A stretch of 64,000 nt of DNA, from the NCBI RefSeq assembly GCF_009914755.1, contig NC_060944.1; one strand, written 5' to 3'. A program made the translations under genes and the position numbers. Positions 24,400 to 37,089 of this stretch are shown piece after piece. The stretch comes from the human T2T-CHM13v2.0 reference genome, Homo sapiens. Below the pieces are notes generated by a model that saw nothing but the letters and a program-made list of their open reading frames with translations, did not search any database and had not been told where the DNA came from. Numbering within the stretch: the stretch's first letter is position 1; each line of letters starts with the position of its first letter.

Positions 24400-25249
24400 G
24401 GGAAGAAGCTATGAGGTGTGAACAAAGACCCAGCGACATTGGATCCAGGTTATCTTCTTTAGGTATCTGCACCTGTCCACGCCTCTCCTTGCAATAAATC
24501 TTCTTTGTTTAGGAATGAAATGGTCTTTCTTAGTTAATGCGAACAGGGGACATTTCTTGAGGGTGGTTGTAAAAGAACTCCTGTAACCTGACCAAAGCAC
24601 GTCTCTCACCAGAAAGACCTAGCTGCTGGGGATGGGGTTGGGGGAGCTGCATCCGTTTGCATGTGGAGCCAGGTTCTCTAGGGAAGGAAGGAACTGAGAT
24701 ATCCATCATTGCTTCCCATGACCTGAAGTTGGGAAAAGCCATCAGAGTGGACTCTGGGGCTCTCACCTAACATCTACTGGAGAAAGACAGGAAACCCACG
24801 TGGCTGGGGACGGATCCAGAACAAGAAATCATCAAGAGGGTGGGAGCACCTGGCCAAAGCTTGAGCGCCTTAATGAGGTTCACAGGGGACTGCTTCTAAC
24901 AGGGCTACTGGCTGAGCTGGAATCTTGTCAGGCCCCAGCAGTCCCAGCGTTGTGTTGGGGAGCAGTGGATCTTGAGCTCAGAGGACAGCCTGTGCTTAAC
25001 AGTGTCCCCTGGTGGCCGTGAGACCTGATGGCTTTAGTGTAGGTTTCTGTTGTTTGGAAATAGGACTGATCCTCTTTGGACCATGTAAATCCCAGGATTC
25101 TTGGATAATGGGAGTGGTGAGAAAGTGAGGTGCTCAAGAGGAAGTATTAGACTTCCTGCTGCTGAAGGTGTAAGGGGCTCAATTTATTCAAGAAAATGTG
25201 AAAGCAATAGGGAGGATGCTTCAGTGGTCCCAAAGGTTATGGAATAAAC

Positions 25250-25455
25250 CAGAAGTCCATAAACTTTTACTAAAGGGCTGCATAATAAATATGTGAGGCT
25301 TTGTGGGCCATACATCCCTGTCTCAGCTAATGAACTTGGCTGTTGTAGCATGAAAGCAGTATAGACAATAAGTAAGAGAGTGACCATGGTTGTGTTCCAA
25401 TACAGCTTTATTTACCAAAACAGCCAGTTGTGGGTCATAGTTTTCTGACCTCCTG
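25250..25455 (-). mobile_element. MER58A
   Basis: AGGCTTTGTGGGCCATA...GTGTTCCAATACAGCTTTATTTAC. Confidence 0.85.
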
Positions 25456-25475
25456 GGGTAAACAGTTGAGGCTAG

Positions 25476-25904
<429 letters not shown>

Positions 25905-26640
25905 GCATTTCTTCCTTTGTATAAATGGAGAGGTATTTATGAATTATTGTATTCTCCTTTAGGCCAATGGAAACTCAGTCATGGATTTGCTTCATTGTTT
26001 TTTCTTCTTTTGTGAGTTACACTCAGTCATTCTAATGCATATATGTATACACACACGTACAAGCTTAGGAATGTACTATTTGTGGTTGTAAAAATGAAGC
26101 TGCTCATCTTCTGCTCTGAGAGTCTGGAAAAGTTTATAAATATCAAATAGTATCTGCTGGCATTGTCCAGCAAGACACATCACTTCCTATCGTGTGGGCG
26201 CGTCCCTCCAGTCTAGCCATGTGCCTACGACACAGAGCTCTAGTTGGCATCAGGATTTTCCACTAGACAGTCCGCGTTCCCCAGCGGCCAGCTCGGAGGC
26301 GTTCCCGCCCTCAAAGCCACAGCCAAGTCCAGGGCCTCAGGGACAGGTCTGGGGAAAATCTATCAAGTGATTTGGGAGAACCAAGGTGTCTGGGTCGAAG
26401 GCAGGGGGATTCCCTCCCACCCTGGCCTCTCTGCTCCTTTCCAGACAGACCTGCCAGGCATTGCCAAGGTGCTTTTTAAAATCTTCAAACAGAGTTTTAA
26501 CCATGATGTGTGGCAGACATAGGTATCCCTCACATACTCATAGGTATTTGCTTTAAATATTTGAAAACAATGGAGGAATGAAGACAGGCTTGAGTTATTA
26601 TATATTAAAGTACACGAAATGAGATTCAGGCTTAAATTGT

Positions 26641-27270
26641 TGTATCAGGGTTTGACCACAGCAGAATCAACTGGAGGGATTTATCGTAGAGATTTACCTT
26701 ATGCAACTTGGGGAGCTGGTTCACCAGTCTACATGGGGCTGCTTCTTTGAATTTGACGCTGGATCCTCAAGTCAGCAGGGCAGCCACCAAGAAGGAAGGA
26801 TGGATGGGAAGTGGGAGGGAGTGACGACAAACTGGAGCCACCAGGACAAGCTGGAACCCGGGATGACAGACTGGAAACCCCCCGTCCATCTCTTGCCACC
26901 TCCAAGCAGCCATCTGTGATTACTCACTCAGGTGATCTGCAGGAAAAGGTGGCATTCTTCATCCCGGAACTAAACAGGCCTCTGCCAGGATTCAGAGACA
27001 CTAAGGAGGATCCACAGGGACTGGAAGCTGCAGGCTTAGCTGCTGCCCACACCAACCAGGCGAGCCCACAGAAGGGTGTCCACTTGGGTGCACTGCAGCC
27101 GTGTGCTCCATGCCCACCTTCCAAGCATGGCAGCAGTCTACCTGCCGCTTCGCTTCCCCCTTCCGGGTCTCACTCAAAATGTCTTTTGGTCTATGCTAAC
27201 CAGAAACAATGCAGGGAAGGGAATTCTGAGAATTCCAACTTAGCTGAGTTGACATGATCCAAATCCACCA
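26641..27270 (-). mobile_element. MLT2F-like ERVL LTR
   Basis: TGTATCAGGG start; GGGAAGGGAATTCTGAGAA...GTTGACA...CCACCACA end. Confidence 0.65.
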
Positions 27271-27399
27271 CAATTATTACATTAAAAGGCAAATGGCAGT
27301 AAGTGAATTGACTAGGGCTTTTATTAGAAATATTACTCCCACTGTCAGTTTAAATGTAGATATTTAAAACGTCCCTAAGCAAAAAGTTACCACATAGTA

Positions 27400-27590
27400 G
27401 GAAAGGCTCCGAGGTCACAAAACCTAGATCCAAATTACTAGCTGGGTGGCCTAGGACAAGTTGCTTAACCTCTCTGAGATTGCATAGCTTCACTTGTAAA
27501 AAGAGGATTAAGAGCACCTACTGCATACAGCTGATACATATAAGATTTAGCACAGTGGCCGCACACAGTAGGTGCTCAATAAACGAAACA
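27400..27590 (+). mobile_element. MIR
   Basis: CAAGTTGCTTAACCTCTCTGAG...CAGTAGGTGCTCAATAAA. Confidence 0.8.
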
Positions 27591-27849
27591 GCAATTCATC
27601 AAGGCACATAACAACAGCACAACACATTGTGTGGCACTATTTTCAGAATGTATCAATCCATTTGAGTCTTTCACTAACTTGTGAACTCCATGAAGTCAAG
27701 AGTTATGAGTAAATGAGTGATGTGAATTAATGAATTTACTATATTCCTGGGTACTAGGCAGAGTGGGTGTGATCACGCCTGCTTAAGTATAACAAACTAA
27801 GCTTTATTGATTTAAGTGCCAAGCCAGGGTTAGGTGCCTGATCTTCTCA

Positions 27850-27927
27850 TGCCCACACCAACCAGGTGAGCCCGCAGAAGGGTGTCCACGTGGGTGCACT
27901 GCAGCCGCGTGCTCTGTGCCCACCTTC
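27850..27927 (+). repeat. 78-bp direct copy of 27044-27121
   Basis: 72/78 identical by manual alignment. Confidence 0.95.
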
Positions 27928-28292
27928 AAATCCATTGTCCTTTCCAACACAAACTGCCACATCTCTCCCGCATACCAGAACATTCTGGGACTACTATGAA
28001 GAAGTGGCTTTGTGTACAGAAGCTGCTCCCTCTTCTTTCATTTCCCCTGATGTTGTAGCAAATGCTTGGAGTTCTTCATAGAACCACTGTTGAAGAGGTT
28101 GTGCTCTGTCTGTCTTCAGAGAGACCTGCATGTGCTGCTTTCACTGGTTAAGTTTCACCTTGTCTGGTTCATTCATTCAACAAACTAGATTAAGAATCTA
28201 TTAGGTACTCAGCATTGTTCTAGAAGCTGAGGATATAGCAGTGAACAAAACAGACATAGCCCTATTCCCATGAAACTTATATTCTGGTTGGC

Positions 28293-29332
28293 TGTGGGAG
28301 TGAGCTTCCAAGAGAGCCCCAGGGATCCCTGCCTCCTGGTACTCACAACCATACTGAATAGGGATGACTTGTGTCACCCAATATGGATAGCTGGATGGCT
28401 GGATGGGTGGGTCGGTGGGTGGATGGATATATAGACAGATGAATAGATAGATGATAGACAGATGATAAGTAGATAGATAAATGATAGGTAGATGATGGAT
28501 GGATAGATAGATAGATAAATAAATGACAGATGGGTAGACAGATGATAGACAGATGGTAGATAGATAATAGACAGATGATAAATAGATGATAGACAGATGA
28601 TAGGTAGATAGATGATAGGTAGATAATAGGTAGATGGTGGATAGATGTATAGACAGATGGATAAATGGATGGATCGATGGATGGATTGATTAGATAGATG
28701 ATAAATAGATAGATAGACAGATAGTAGATAATAGACAGATAATAAATAAATGACAGATGATAGGTCAGTTGGTAGATAGATGATAGGTAGATAGTAGATA
28801 GATGGTGGATAGATGTATAGACGGATGGATAGATAGATTGATTGATTAGATAGATGATAGATAGATGATGGCATGGCAGTGACTTCTGCAGCAAGATCAT
28901 ATACACAACGTGCTTTCCACCTTGCTCTCTCTCGAGGACATGTATTGAATGCCAGGTACTATACCAATATGTTACATTGTTTTGTCACATTTAATCTTCA
29001 TGACAGTCTTATGGGGTGCCTTTCTTATTCCCATTTTCCAAGTGGTAAAACTGAGTCACTCACTCTGGGGGAGGCCTGCTGCCATGCTGTGAAGCCTCAA
29101 GCAATCTTATGGCAAAGTTCACGTAGTGAGGAACTGAGGCCTCGCACCAGCAGCCCTATGAGGCAGTCGTCTTGCAACCAGCCCCTCCAGGCCCAGTTGA
29201 GCCCTCAGATGACTCAATCCCAGCTGATTCCCAAACTCCTGACTCCCAGAAACTGTAAGGTAATCAATATTTGTTGTTCTAAGTTACTATGTTTTTAGAG
29301 CAACTCATTATGCAGCAAAAGAAAACTAATAC
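28293..29332 (+). mobile_element. MLT1F LTR containing a simple repeat and a MIR-derived insert
   Basis: CCCTGCCTCCTGGTACTCAC...CACTCTGGGGGAGGCC...GAGGAACTGAGGCC...AACTAATAC. Confidence 0.8.
28385..28870. repeat. Degenerate GATA/GGAT tetranucleotide array
   Basis: Direct reading. Confidence 0.95.
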
Positions 29333-29729
29333 CTGGGGAGTGATGGGCCAAAAATGAGCAAAATATACAGCCTGCCAGGTGGTGGATAAGAGCTCTGGAG
29401 GAAAACCAAACAGGGAAGGGGACTGGTGAGGGAGGGGATTGCAACTTTAAGTAAGGTGGTCAGGGAAGATCTCACTGAGAAGGTGACAGGCAATTAAAGA
29501 CTGGAAGGAGATGAGTGAACCATGTGGAAGGGTCTTCCAGGCAGAGGGATGAGCAGATCAGAGGCTGGGAGGCAGGAGCTTGAGTGTGTCAAGGGATCAG
29601 CAAAGAGGCTGGTGTGGTCAGGACAGGTGAAGGACACAGATGGCAAAAGATGAGGCCAGAGAGGTAAGGGGCTGGACCCTGAGATACAGAAACCCTGTGA
29701 TGAGATGCTGGTCACAGTAGCTCATGGTC

Positions 29730-29930
29730 CCGGACACATCTTGGTGCCAGGCACGGCCCCTCCCAGGCACTGCCATCTTCAGTCCTCACCAAACAGGGTA
29801 GACACTGTGGCCCTCCTCACTTGCCGGATGAGGAAACTGAGGCTCACAGAGCTTATATTTCTTACCTAAGTCCACATGATCAGGATGTGGCAGAGCCAGG
29901 CTTCAAACCCGGGTCTGAAGTCCACCAGCT
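29730..29930 (-). mobile_element. MIR
   Basis: GATGAGGAAACTGAGGCTCACAGAG...GTGGCAGAGCCAGG. Confidence 0.75.
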
Positions 29931-30240
29931 GGAATTCGGTGGTGCGCAGACTCTGTCTATTTCCCCCAGGTATCGTTATAGTCCGGGGTGCTCGCTGTCT
30001 GAATCAGGATCTGTGGAATCCATGTAGGAGGTTGGTGCACCTCTTTCAGGCCCTGGATGGGGCACAGACCACAAATGGCCCACCAGGGTGGAATTCAGGG
30101 GGTGTCCGAGATTCTGAGGAGTCACGAAGGAGCCTGGGGTTGCCCAGCCCCAGGGGAAAGCAGGGCCAGCAAGGCCTACTTGGCAGCCGAGCTCACCAGC
30201 TTGGTTCCCAGCTTCCCACAGATATGCATGAATGCATGAA

Positions 30241-30470
30241 TCACCCGCGCGCAGCCTGCCCAGGACGCGCCGTTCTGCGGGGACCACAGCTCCCACTGCG
30301 AGCAGGGCCAGCCAGGCAGAGCCTTGGAAAAATGCTGCGGCGGGGTACACCCTGGCACTCGGCTGTGCTCTGTGCCGCCCCAAATCCGCCCGTGGCCTCC
30401 TGCCAACCGAGTGGGATTCGGTACATTGGTTTAAAAGAAAAAGTCAATAGAGCACTTTTGAGACGTCCGA
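30241..30470. promoter_or_regulatory. Small CpG-rich patch, candidate regulatory element
   Basis: About 18 CpG in 230 bp of GC-rich sequence not recognised as a repeat. Confidence 0.45.
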
Positions 30471-30524
30471 GGCCCAGATGTTAGATGTTACTGCTTTTTC
30501 TCTACAGGTTATGAAAGCAATACT

Positions 30525-30660
30525 AGGTGATTCTTATTGAATATGTTCTGAGTGTCAGGTGCTGGACCAATACAGTCACATGTAATCTTCCTGATAATCT
30601 TATAGGGGTGCCATTATTATTTCCATTTTCCAAGTGGAAAAACTGAGGCTTTGTGAGAAT
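30525..30660 (-). mobile_element. MIR fragment truncated by L1
   Basis: CCATTTTCCAAGTGGAAAAACTGAGGC. Confidence 0.7.
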
Positions 30661-30667
30661 AATTTGG

Positions 30668-31110
30668 TTATTTTATTTTATTTTATTTTATTTTATTTTA
30701 TTTTATTTTATAAGTTCCAAGATACATGTGCGGGATGTACATACAGGTTTGTTACATAGGTAAACATGTGCCATGGTGGTTTGCTGCACCCATCAACCCA
30801 TCACCTAGATACTAAGCCCAGCATGTATTAGCTCTTTTCCCTAATGCTCTCCCACCCCCACTATCCCCCATCAGGCCCCAGTGAGTGTTGTTCCCCTCCC
30901 TGTATCCATATGTTCTCATTGTTCAGCTCCCACTTACAAGTGAGAATATGAGGTATTTGGTTTTCTGTTCCTGTGTTAGTTTGCTGAAGATAATGGCTTC
31001 CAGCTCCACACATGTCCCTGCAAAGGACATGATCTCATTCTCTTTTATGGCTGCATAGTATTCCATGGTGTATATGTACCAGATTTTCTTTATCCAGTCT
31101 GTCATTGATG
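30668..31110 (-). mobile_element. 5'-truncated L1PA (about PA8-10) with (TTTTA)n tail
   Basis: CAGGTTTGTTACATAGGTAAACATGTGCCATGGTGG; ORF2 C-terminal WIKKIWYIYTMEYYAAIK. Confidence 0.95.
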
Positions 31111-31118
31111 TAGCCCCT

Positions 31119-31418
<300 letters not shown>

Positions 31419-31569
31419 CCTGCCCCTCCTTTTTAAAGCTGTATTTAGGTTTCTTTTGTATTCAGTGAAAGTTAAACTTATATAGCAATGTTCACTGAGT
31501 CTTTCCCGTATGCTGATTGCTGAGCTAAGAACTGTGTTCACGCCATCACATTTAACCCTTACCATTGTA

Positions 31570-31870
31570 AGGTAGGGGGCTCTGGACCCAGCTACTTGGA
31601 TTTGAATCCTTGCCTTTCTGTGCCCACTGTCCTTCTTTCTGAAATGGGAACAGCAGCAGTGATGTCCCTCTCATCAGGTGATTTAGAGGATTAAAGGACA
31701 TTATAGACATAAAGTGCTTAGGATCATACCTGGCACACAGTAAGTGCTCAATAAATGTCAGCTATAATCCCTATTACACAGATGAGGAAACTGGGTGGAT
31801 GGGAGAAGTAACCTGCCTAAGGTTCCACCACCAGTATGGGGAGGGAACAGGAATTTGAATTCAGGCAGGA
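31570..31870. mobile_element. Two opposed MIRs (+ about 31570-31765; - about 31768-31870)
   Basis: CCTGGCACACAGTAAGTGCTCAATAAATG followed by CAGATGAGGAAACTG. Confidence 0.75.
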
Positions 31871-32049
31871 TTCTACTGTTAAAATAAAATAAATTCAATC
31901 TCAGTCTTAGATGATCTGTGAGGATTATTCTTGTTTTAAATTCTGCACAGTCTAATATTCTACGTGTCTATAAAATAAAGAATATGGAACCAATATATGT
32001 CACTACTTTTCAGCTAATGACAAAATATTAAATTAAATATCAAGGACCC

Positions 32050-33550
32050 TTGCGTGCTCAGTGCTGGTAGGGGCTGGGAATATCATGAAGAATAAACCAA
32101 TAAGGCAGGGCCCCTGGCCTCGTAGAGCTCTGGTCTGGTGAGGTAAATGGTCTCCCCAACAGGACCCACACGCAGTAGTGGCCCTAGTGTTGACAGGAGG
32201 ATTCCCAAGCTGTGTGAGCTCAAAAAGGAGCTCCTTCCCGGGAGCTAGGGAAGGCTTCCTGGAGGAGGAGACACTGATACTTAATACTGAAAGAAGATAT
32301 GGTAGGCTGCTTCAGCCATGGCCCCTAGAGGTCCCTGCCCACCTTGTGGTCCTCACACTCTTGTGTAACCCCCATCTTAGTGTGTGGCCTGCACCTGGTG
32401 ACTTGCTTCTGAAGAATAAAATACAGCAAAATAATGGGCTGTCACTTCCAAGATTAGGTTCCAAACCTTGTGACTTTGCCTTGCTGCCCTCTCTCTTACC
32501 CTGTCCGCTTGCGTGCTCTGCTGCCTGCCATGTCATTAGATGGTACCATGGAGGGGCCACGTGGCGGGAGCTAAGGAAGACTTCCAGCCGATAACTTGGG
32601 AGGAACCGAGGTCCTCAGTCCAAGGACCCACGAGGAACTGACTCCTGCCAACAGCCCACTGTCAACAGCGAGCTGGGGCCCTTCTCAGTCAAGCCTTGAG
32701 ATGCCTATGACCCTGGGAGACGCCTGGAGCCAGAGGACTCAGTGAAGCCGCTCCCGGATTCCTGACCTATCGATGCGGTGCGATAATAGATGTGGTTTTA
32801 AGGCACTACATTCGGAGAGATGTGCCACACAGCAACAGATAACGAATACGGAAGGGTAGGGATCAGTCATGTGTCAGGAGGGAAGAGAAGGAAGGAGGAG
32901 AGGCCATGCTGGACTTGGGAACAGCAGTGCAGAGGCCCAGAAGGAACTGAGAATGGGCCCCCAGCAGAACCACAGGGATCTAGCTGGGTTAGAGCGCAAG
33001 CTGCAAATACCACTCTGTAAGGGCAGAAACGCGGCCTCATTCACCAACTGCCATATCCCCAGTGCCTAGAATGTGAAGGGTGGGCATGCAGTAGGTGCCC
33101 AATAAATGTGTAGGAAACGTGTGGTCAAGGGAGGTGAGTGGCAACGGGAGGATCCTGAAAAGAGAGCTCAGGGCAGGTGGGCAAGGCTGCGGGCCTCCTC
33201 ACGGAGCCTGGACTTGGTCCTGGGGCCACAGAGCCTCAGTTCACATTTCAGCAGGAGGACAGAAGGACAGGCTACCCGCGAGCATGGCCTGGACAGAGGA
33301 GCCAGAGACGAGAGGCAAAACCAGGGGAGGGGACTGTTCTGCCGGTGACAGATGGCAGGGACCAGGATGGCCATGGGGGAGAGGAGACACGTGACCAGAC
33401 CTGAGTGGTCTACCAGAGGCAGAGCCACAGGACCTGCCCATAGACAGGACATGAGGGCTGAGGGAGTGGGGATGTCAAGGGACAGCTCCATTTGTGGTCG
33501 GGGTGACCACGTGGATGGTGGTGCTGCTTTTGGTGATGGAAAACATGAGG
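32050..33550 (-). mobile_element. L2 fragments split by MLT1F; short + strand L2 tail at about 33010-33110
   Basis: GGGAAGGCTTCCTGGAGGAGG; GGGATGTCAAGG...GGATGGTGGTG. Confidence 0.6.
32299..32850 (+). mobile_element. MLT1F LTR
   Basis: GTGACTTGCTTCT...TGTCACTTCCAAGATTAGGTT...CACAGCAACAGATAACGAATAC. Confidence 0.8.
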
Positions 33551-34374
33551 AACAGTGGACACTTTGAGCAGGTCACTTCTCTTCTCCGTGCATTAGTCTC
33601 CTCATCTGTGAAGTACGGTTAGTAAAACCCGCCTAGCAGGGCTATTGCAAAAATTAAACTAGATAATGCATGAAGACACTTGGAACAAGCAAAAAGATTT
33701 ATACACCCATGGGCACAATTACTATCTGTGATTTATATGTAATACATGCCACAGATGCTAGATGTGATTTTCACATACGTGATTTTTATATTAAAACATT
33801 GGGGAAGTTGCAGTCTGGGGGCTCTGAGACCACCAGGAGAAGTGTTCACTTTTAGAAATTTTTTTTCTAGTTCTATCTGTGGGAAGAAATAAGCCACTCA
33901 AAGGAAATAAGAACCATCTTGCTGAAAACTCACTTTTGCCAGTTGTGGCAAAGACAAATTGCATTATGTTTTTGCTGCCAACTGCAAATGGCGCCCTCCT
34001 GAGAAATGGCCTCTGCTCAAACCAGCAGAACCTCTGAAATCGGATGCTTCTCAGGATGACTCAGGCCCAGTTGCATCTTGACATCATTCAGGGTCTGAAT
34101 GTTCTGTCTCGCCACTACGGATGTATAGATTTCAGGGTTTTGAGTGCTGATGGGGGGAACCGTAACATATTTGTGGGCTGGAGTCATTTCTTAGTTTCCA
34201 GGCCTAATCGCAGTCATTCACATCACAGATATTTCAGGATCTTGACATAGGTGCTGACGATTCTATGTGTCAAATATGTGCTATGTCAGGCACTTTGATG
34301 TTGCTAAGCTTGTTAAGCTCCTGAATCCCCGGGGGTGATGTGAATTATCCACAGTGTCATTCTAACACATCAGA

Positions 34375-34899
<525 letters not shown>

Positions 34900-34904
34900 T
34901 TAGA

Positions 34905-35395
34905 TTAACTTGTTTGTTTATGGAGCAAATTCTGAGCATCTATGTGCCAGGTTCTGTTAGGCCCTAAAGATAAAACTGTGAATGAGACTGGTGAGGTTCC
35001 TCCCCTTATGGAACTAACATTCTGGTAGAGAAGGCAGATTTTAAACACCAGTATACAAATTAGTAATATTTCCTAAGATAATTTCAGATGATGAAAAGTG
35101 CTATGAGGACAGAGACAGTGTTTATGCATGGAATTATTTTCCTTATATCTGGCACAGCGCTTGGCATGGTGTTGGGGCTTTGTGAGTTTACACCAGTTTG
35201 GGGGTGGTTACAAGTATTCAGATCTGCTGTTGGCTAAGTATGTGCCCTTGGACAAGGTCATCTCTCTGTGCCTCAGTTTCTTCATATGTGAAATGGGTGT
35301 TTTCATAAGAACCACCTTGTAGAATGATGAGGATCTGATAGGGGACAGGTATACAGCTCCTGGAACAGTAAGTGCTCAATAAATGTTAGCGACAT
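34905..35395. mobile_element. L2 tail (-, about 34905-35110) and MIR (+, about 35210-35395)
   Basis: TATGTGCCAGG; CTCTGTGCCTCAGTTTCTTCAT. Confidence 0.7.
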
Positions 35396-35827
35396 TCATT
35401 CATTCATTCATTCATTCACTCTTCCCTCCCTCACCATGAGTCCACAGAAACAGCCTTGGTTCCATCTCTGCCACCTGTGCCAGCTCTCATTGTTTTCCGG
35501 TGTCTAGCACAGTGCAATAGACCTTCTAGAAGGAATTAGAAGGATAGTGACAAAAGGACTTGTATAGAAAATGGGCACAATTGGGAATAGCCCATTCCAG
35601 CACTGGGGAGGACACAAATGCAGCTCCAGGCCCCACAGCAGGCCCTTCAGGGCTCTTATGATGAACCCGCATGGTGGGCGTGTTCAGGCACATTGGTGGC
35701 TTCCACAGGTCCCCAGTTGCCTTTGACTCCTTGTATGGTTTTCTTTCCTTCTGATATCAATTCTTCTTAACTATGGCCAGTTCCCAGGTACAGAAATGTG
35801 GCTAAGGCCTCAGCTTTCCACCTGGAT

Positions 35828-36345
35828 GAGTCAAGAACTTTTTAGTCACAAGAAAGAGAAAATCTACTGAAATGGGACTAAGCCAAGAAAAGGAAATGAA
35901 CTGGCACGTACCACAGAAAGTCAAGGTGTGGATGGATTCAGGAAGTGATGTTTCCAGGAATCTCTCTCCCTTGATCTCACATGCTAATTTCCTCTACCTT
36001 GGCTACATCCTCAGGTGAGCTCTTTCCAAGCACTGGCTAAACCTCCCCACCCTACCCCCAGTGACAACTCTGGACTCACATTTGGCAAGTCTAGAACCTC
36101 AGCTGAAAGAGAGCATGTCTTTCCCAAGAGTTCCAGCAGAAATCCTGAGGTCAACTCTGGTTGGCCCATCTCAGGTCATGTGCCCATTCCTGAACAAATC
36201 CCTGTAGACAAGGGGAAGTGGTGTTTTGATTGGCCAGGCCTTGGTCGTGTACCTGCCCTCTGATCTGGAACAGGGGCAACCTCATGGAAACAATCTAGAG
36301 TGAGAACGGAAGAGGAGTGTCCCCACAAAAGAAGATCAGAGCAAT
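35828..36345 (-). mobile_element. MLT1L-like LTR
   Basis: GGTCATGTGCCCATTCCTGAAC...GATTGGCCAGGCCTTGGTC. Confidence 0.7.
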
Positions 36346-37089
36346 TTACCAGAAGTAGCAGCCCAAACATTAGAGGCCCCCTAGCCCTTCTTTTTGAGCA
36401 TAAAACCCAAGAGCTAAAGTCCTTCCAACTTAACCAAATGTTTGTTTTTGATGCTGTCAGCCAGCCAGCATTTCTTGATGAGCAGGTGTCAGCATGGGGA
36501 ACTCCTGTGCAAGGGGCATTGCCAAAGGATAGAAGGCTTCAGGGAGGGTAGTGCCCGGCCAGGCCCAGGAACCTCCTCAATACCCACTGCGTCCTGGATA
36601 TTAACCACAGACAGCACCTCCCACCCCCTCATCTCTAATGGCTGAGAGGAAAAGGTCTCCCTTGCCATGACTTTTTGGCCCTTCCTTAGAGCAAAATACC
36701 CCCTGGGATCCCCTCTCTCCAAATAAAACGTACCTAAATTTGGGGACAAACTCCTGAAACTGGTTTAATAATAAAGCATACTCATGATAGAACCTGCCTA
36801 TAAACAACCTATTTCTATTTTAAGTGAGAAGTGTGGATAAGCCTCACTCTTTTGTTGAGTTGTTTAAATAATTTAAATCCATTTTGTTGGATACTTCTAA
36901 ACTTCTTCTAATGTTATCTGCTATAAAATAAGAACATGAAGTGAAAATAACTTTCTAAACTTTCTTCTTGTTCAATTTTTAATGGAATAAATATAACAAA
37001 AGCAAACTAAATGTCATGAAATTTAAAACAACTCTTTTCTGGAAGATTAACTTCAAATAGAAACTGTGGAATAATAGTAGTAACAGTGA

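Larger units (their letters stand above)
28168..29700 (-). mobile_element. L2a 3' region split by MLT1F
   Basis: TTCATTCATTCAACAAA...GCAGTGAACAAAACAGAC; resumes GGTGGTCAGGGAAG...TTCCAGGCAGAGGGA. Confidence 0.8.

Noticed and set aside
25003-25018. Weaker CTCF-like motifs here and at about 12380, 16186 and 61542
   Set aside because: Each has a mismatch at a core position and cannot be supported without binding data
28343-28906. Ile/Tyr/Ser/Leu-rich ORFs that look membrane-like
   Set aside because: They are translations of the TATC/TCCA repeat
29876-30484. 202-aa ORF over the CpG patch
   Set aside because: It starts in a MIR, high GC explains the lack of stops, and no homology is recognisable
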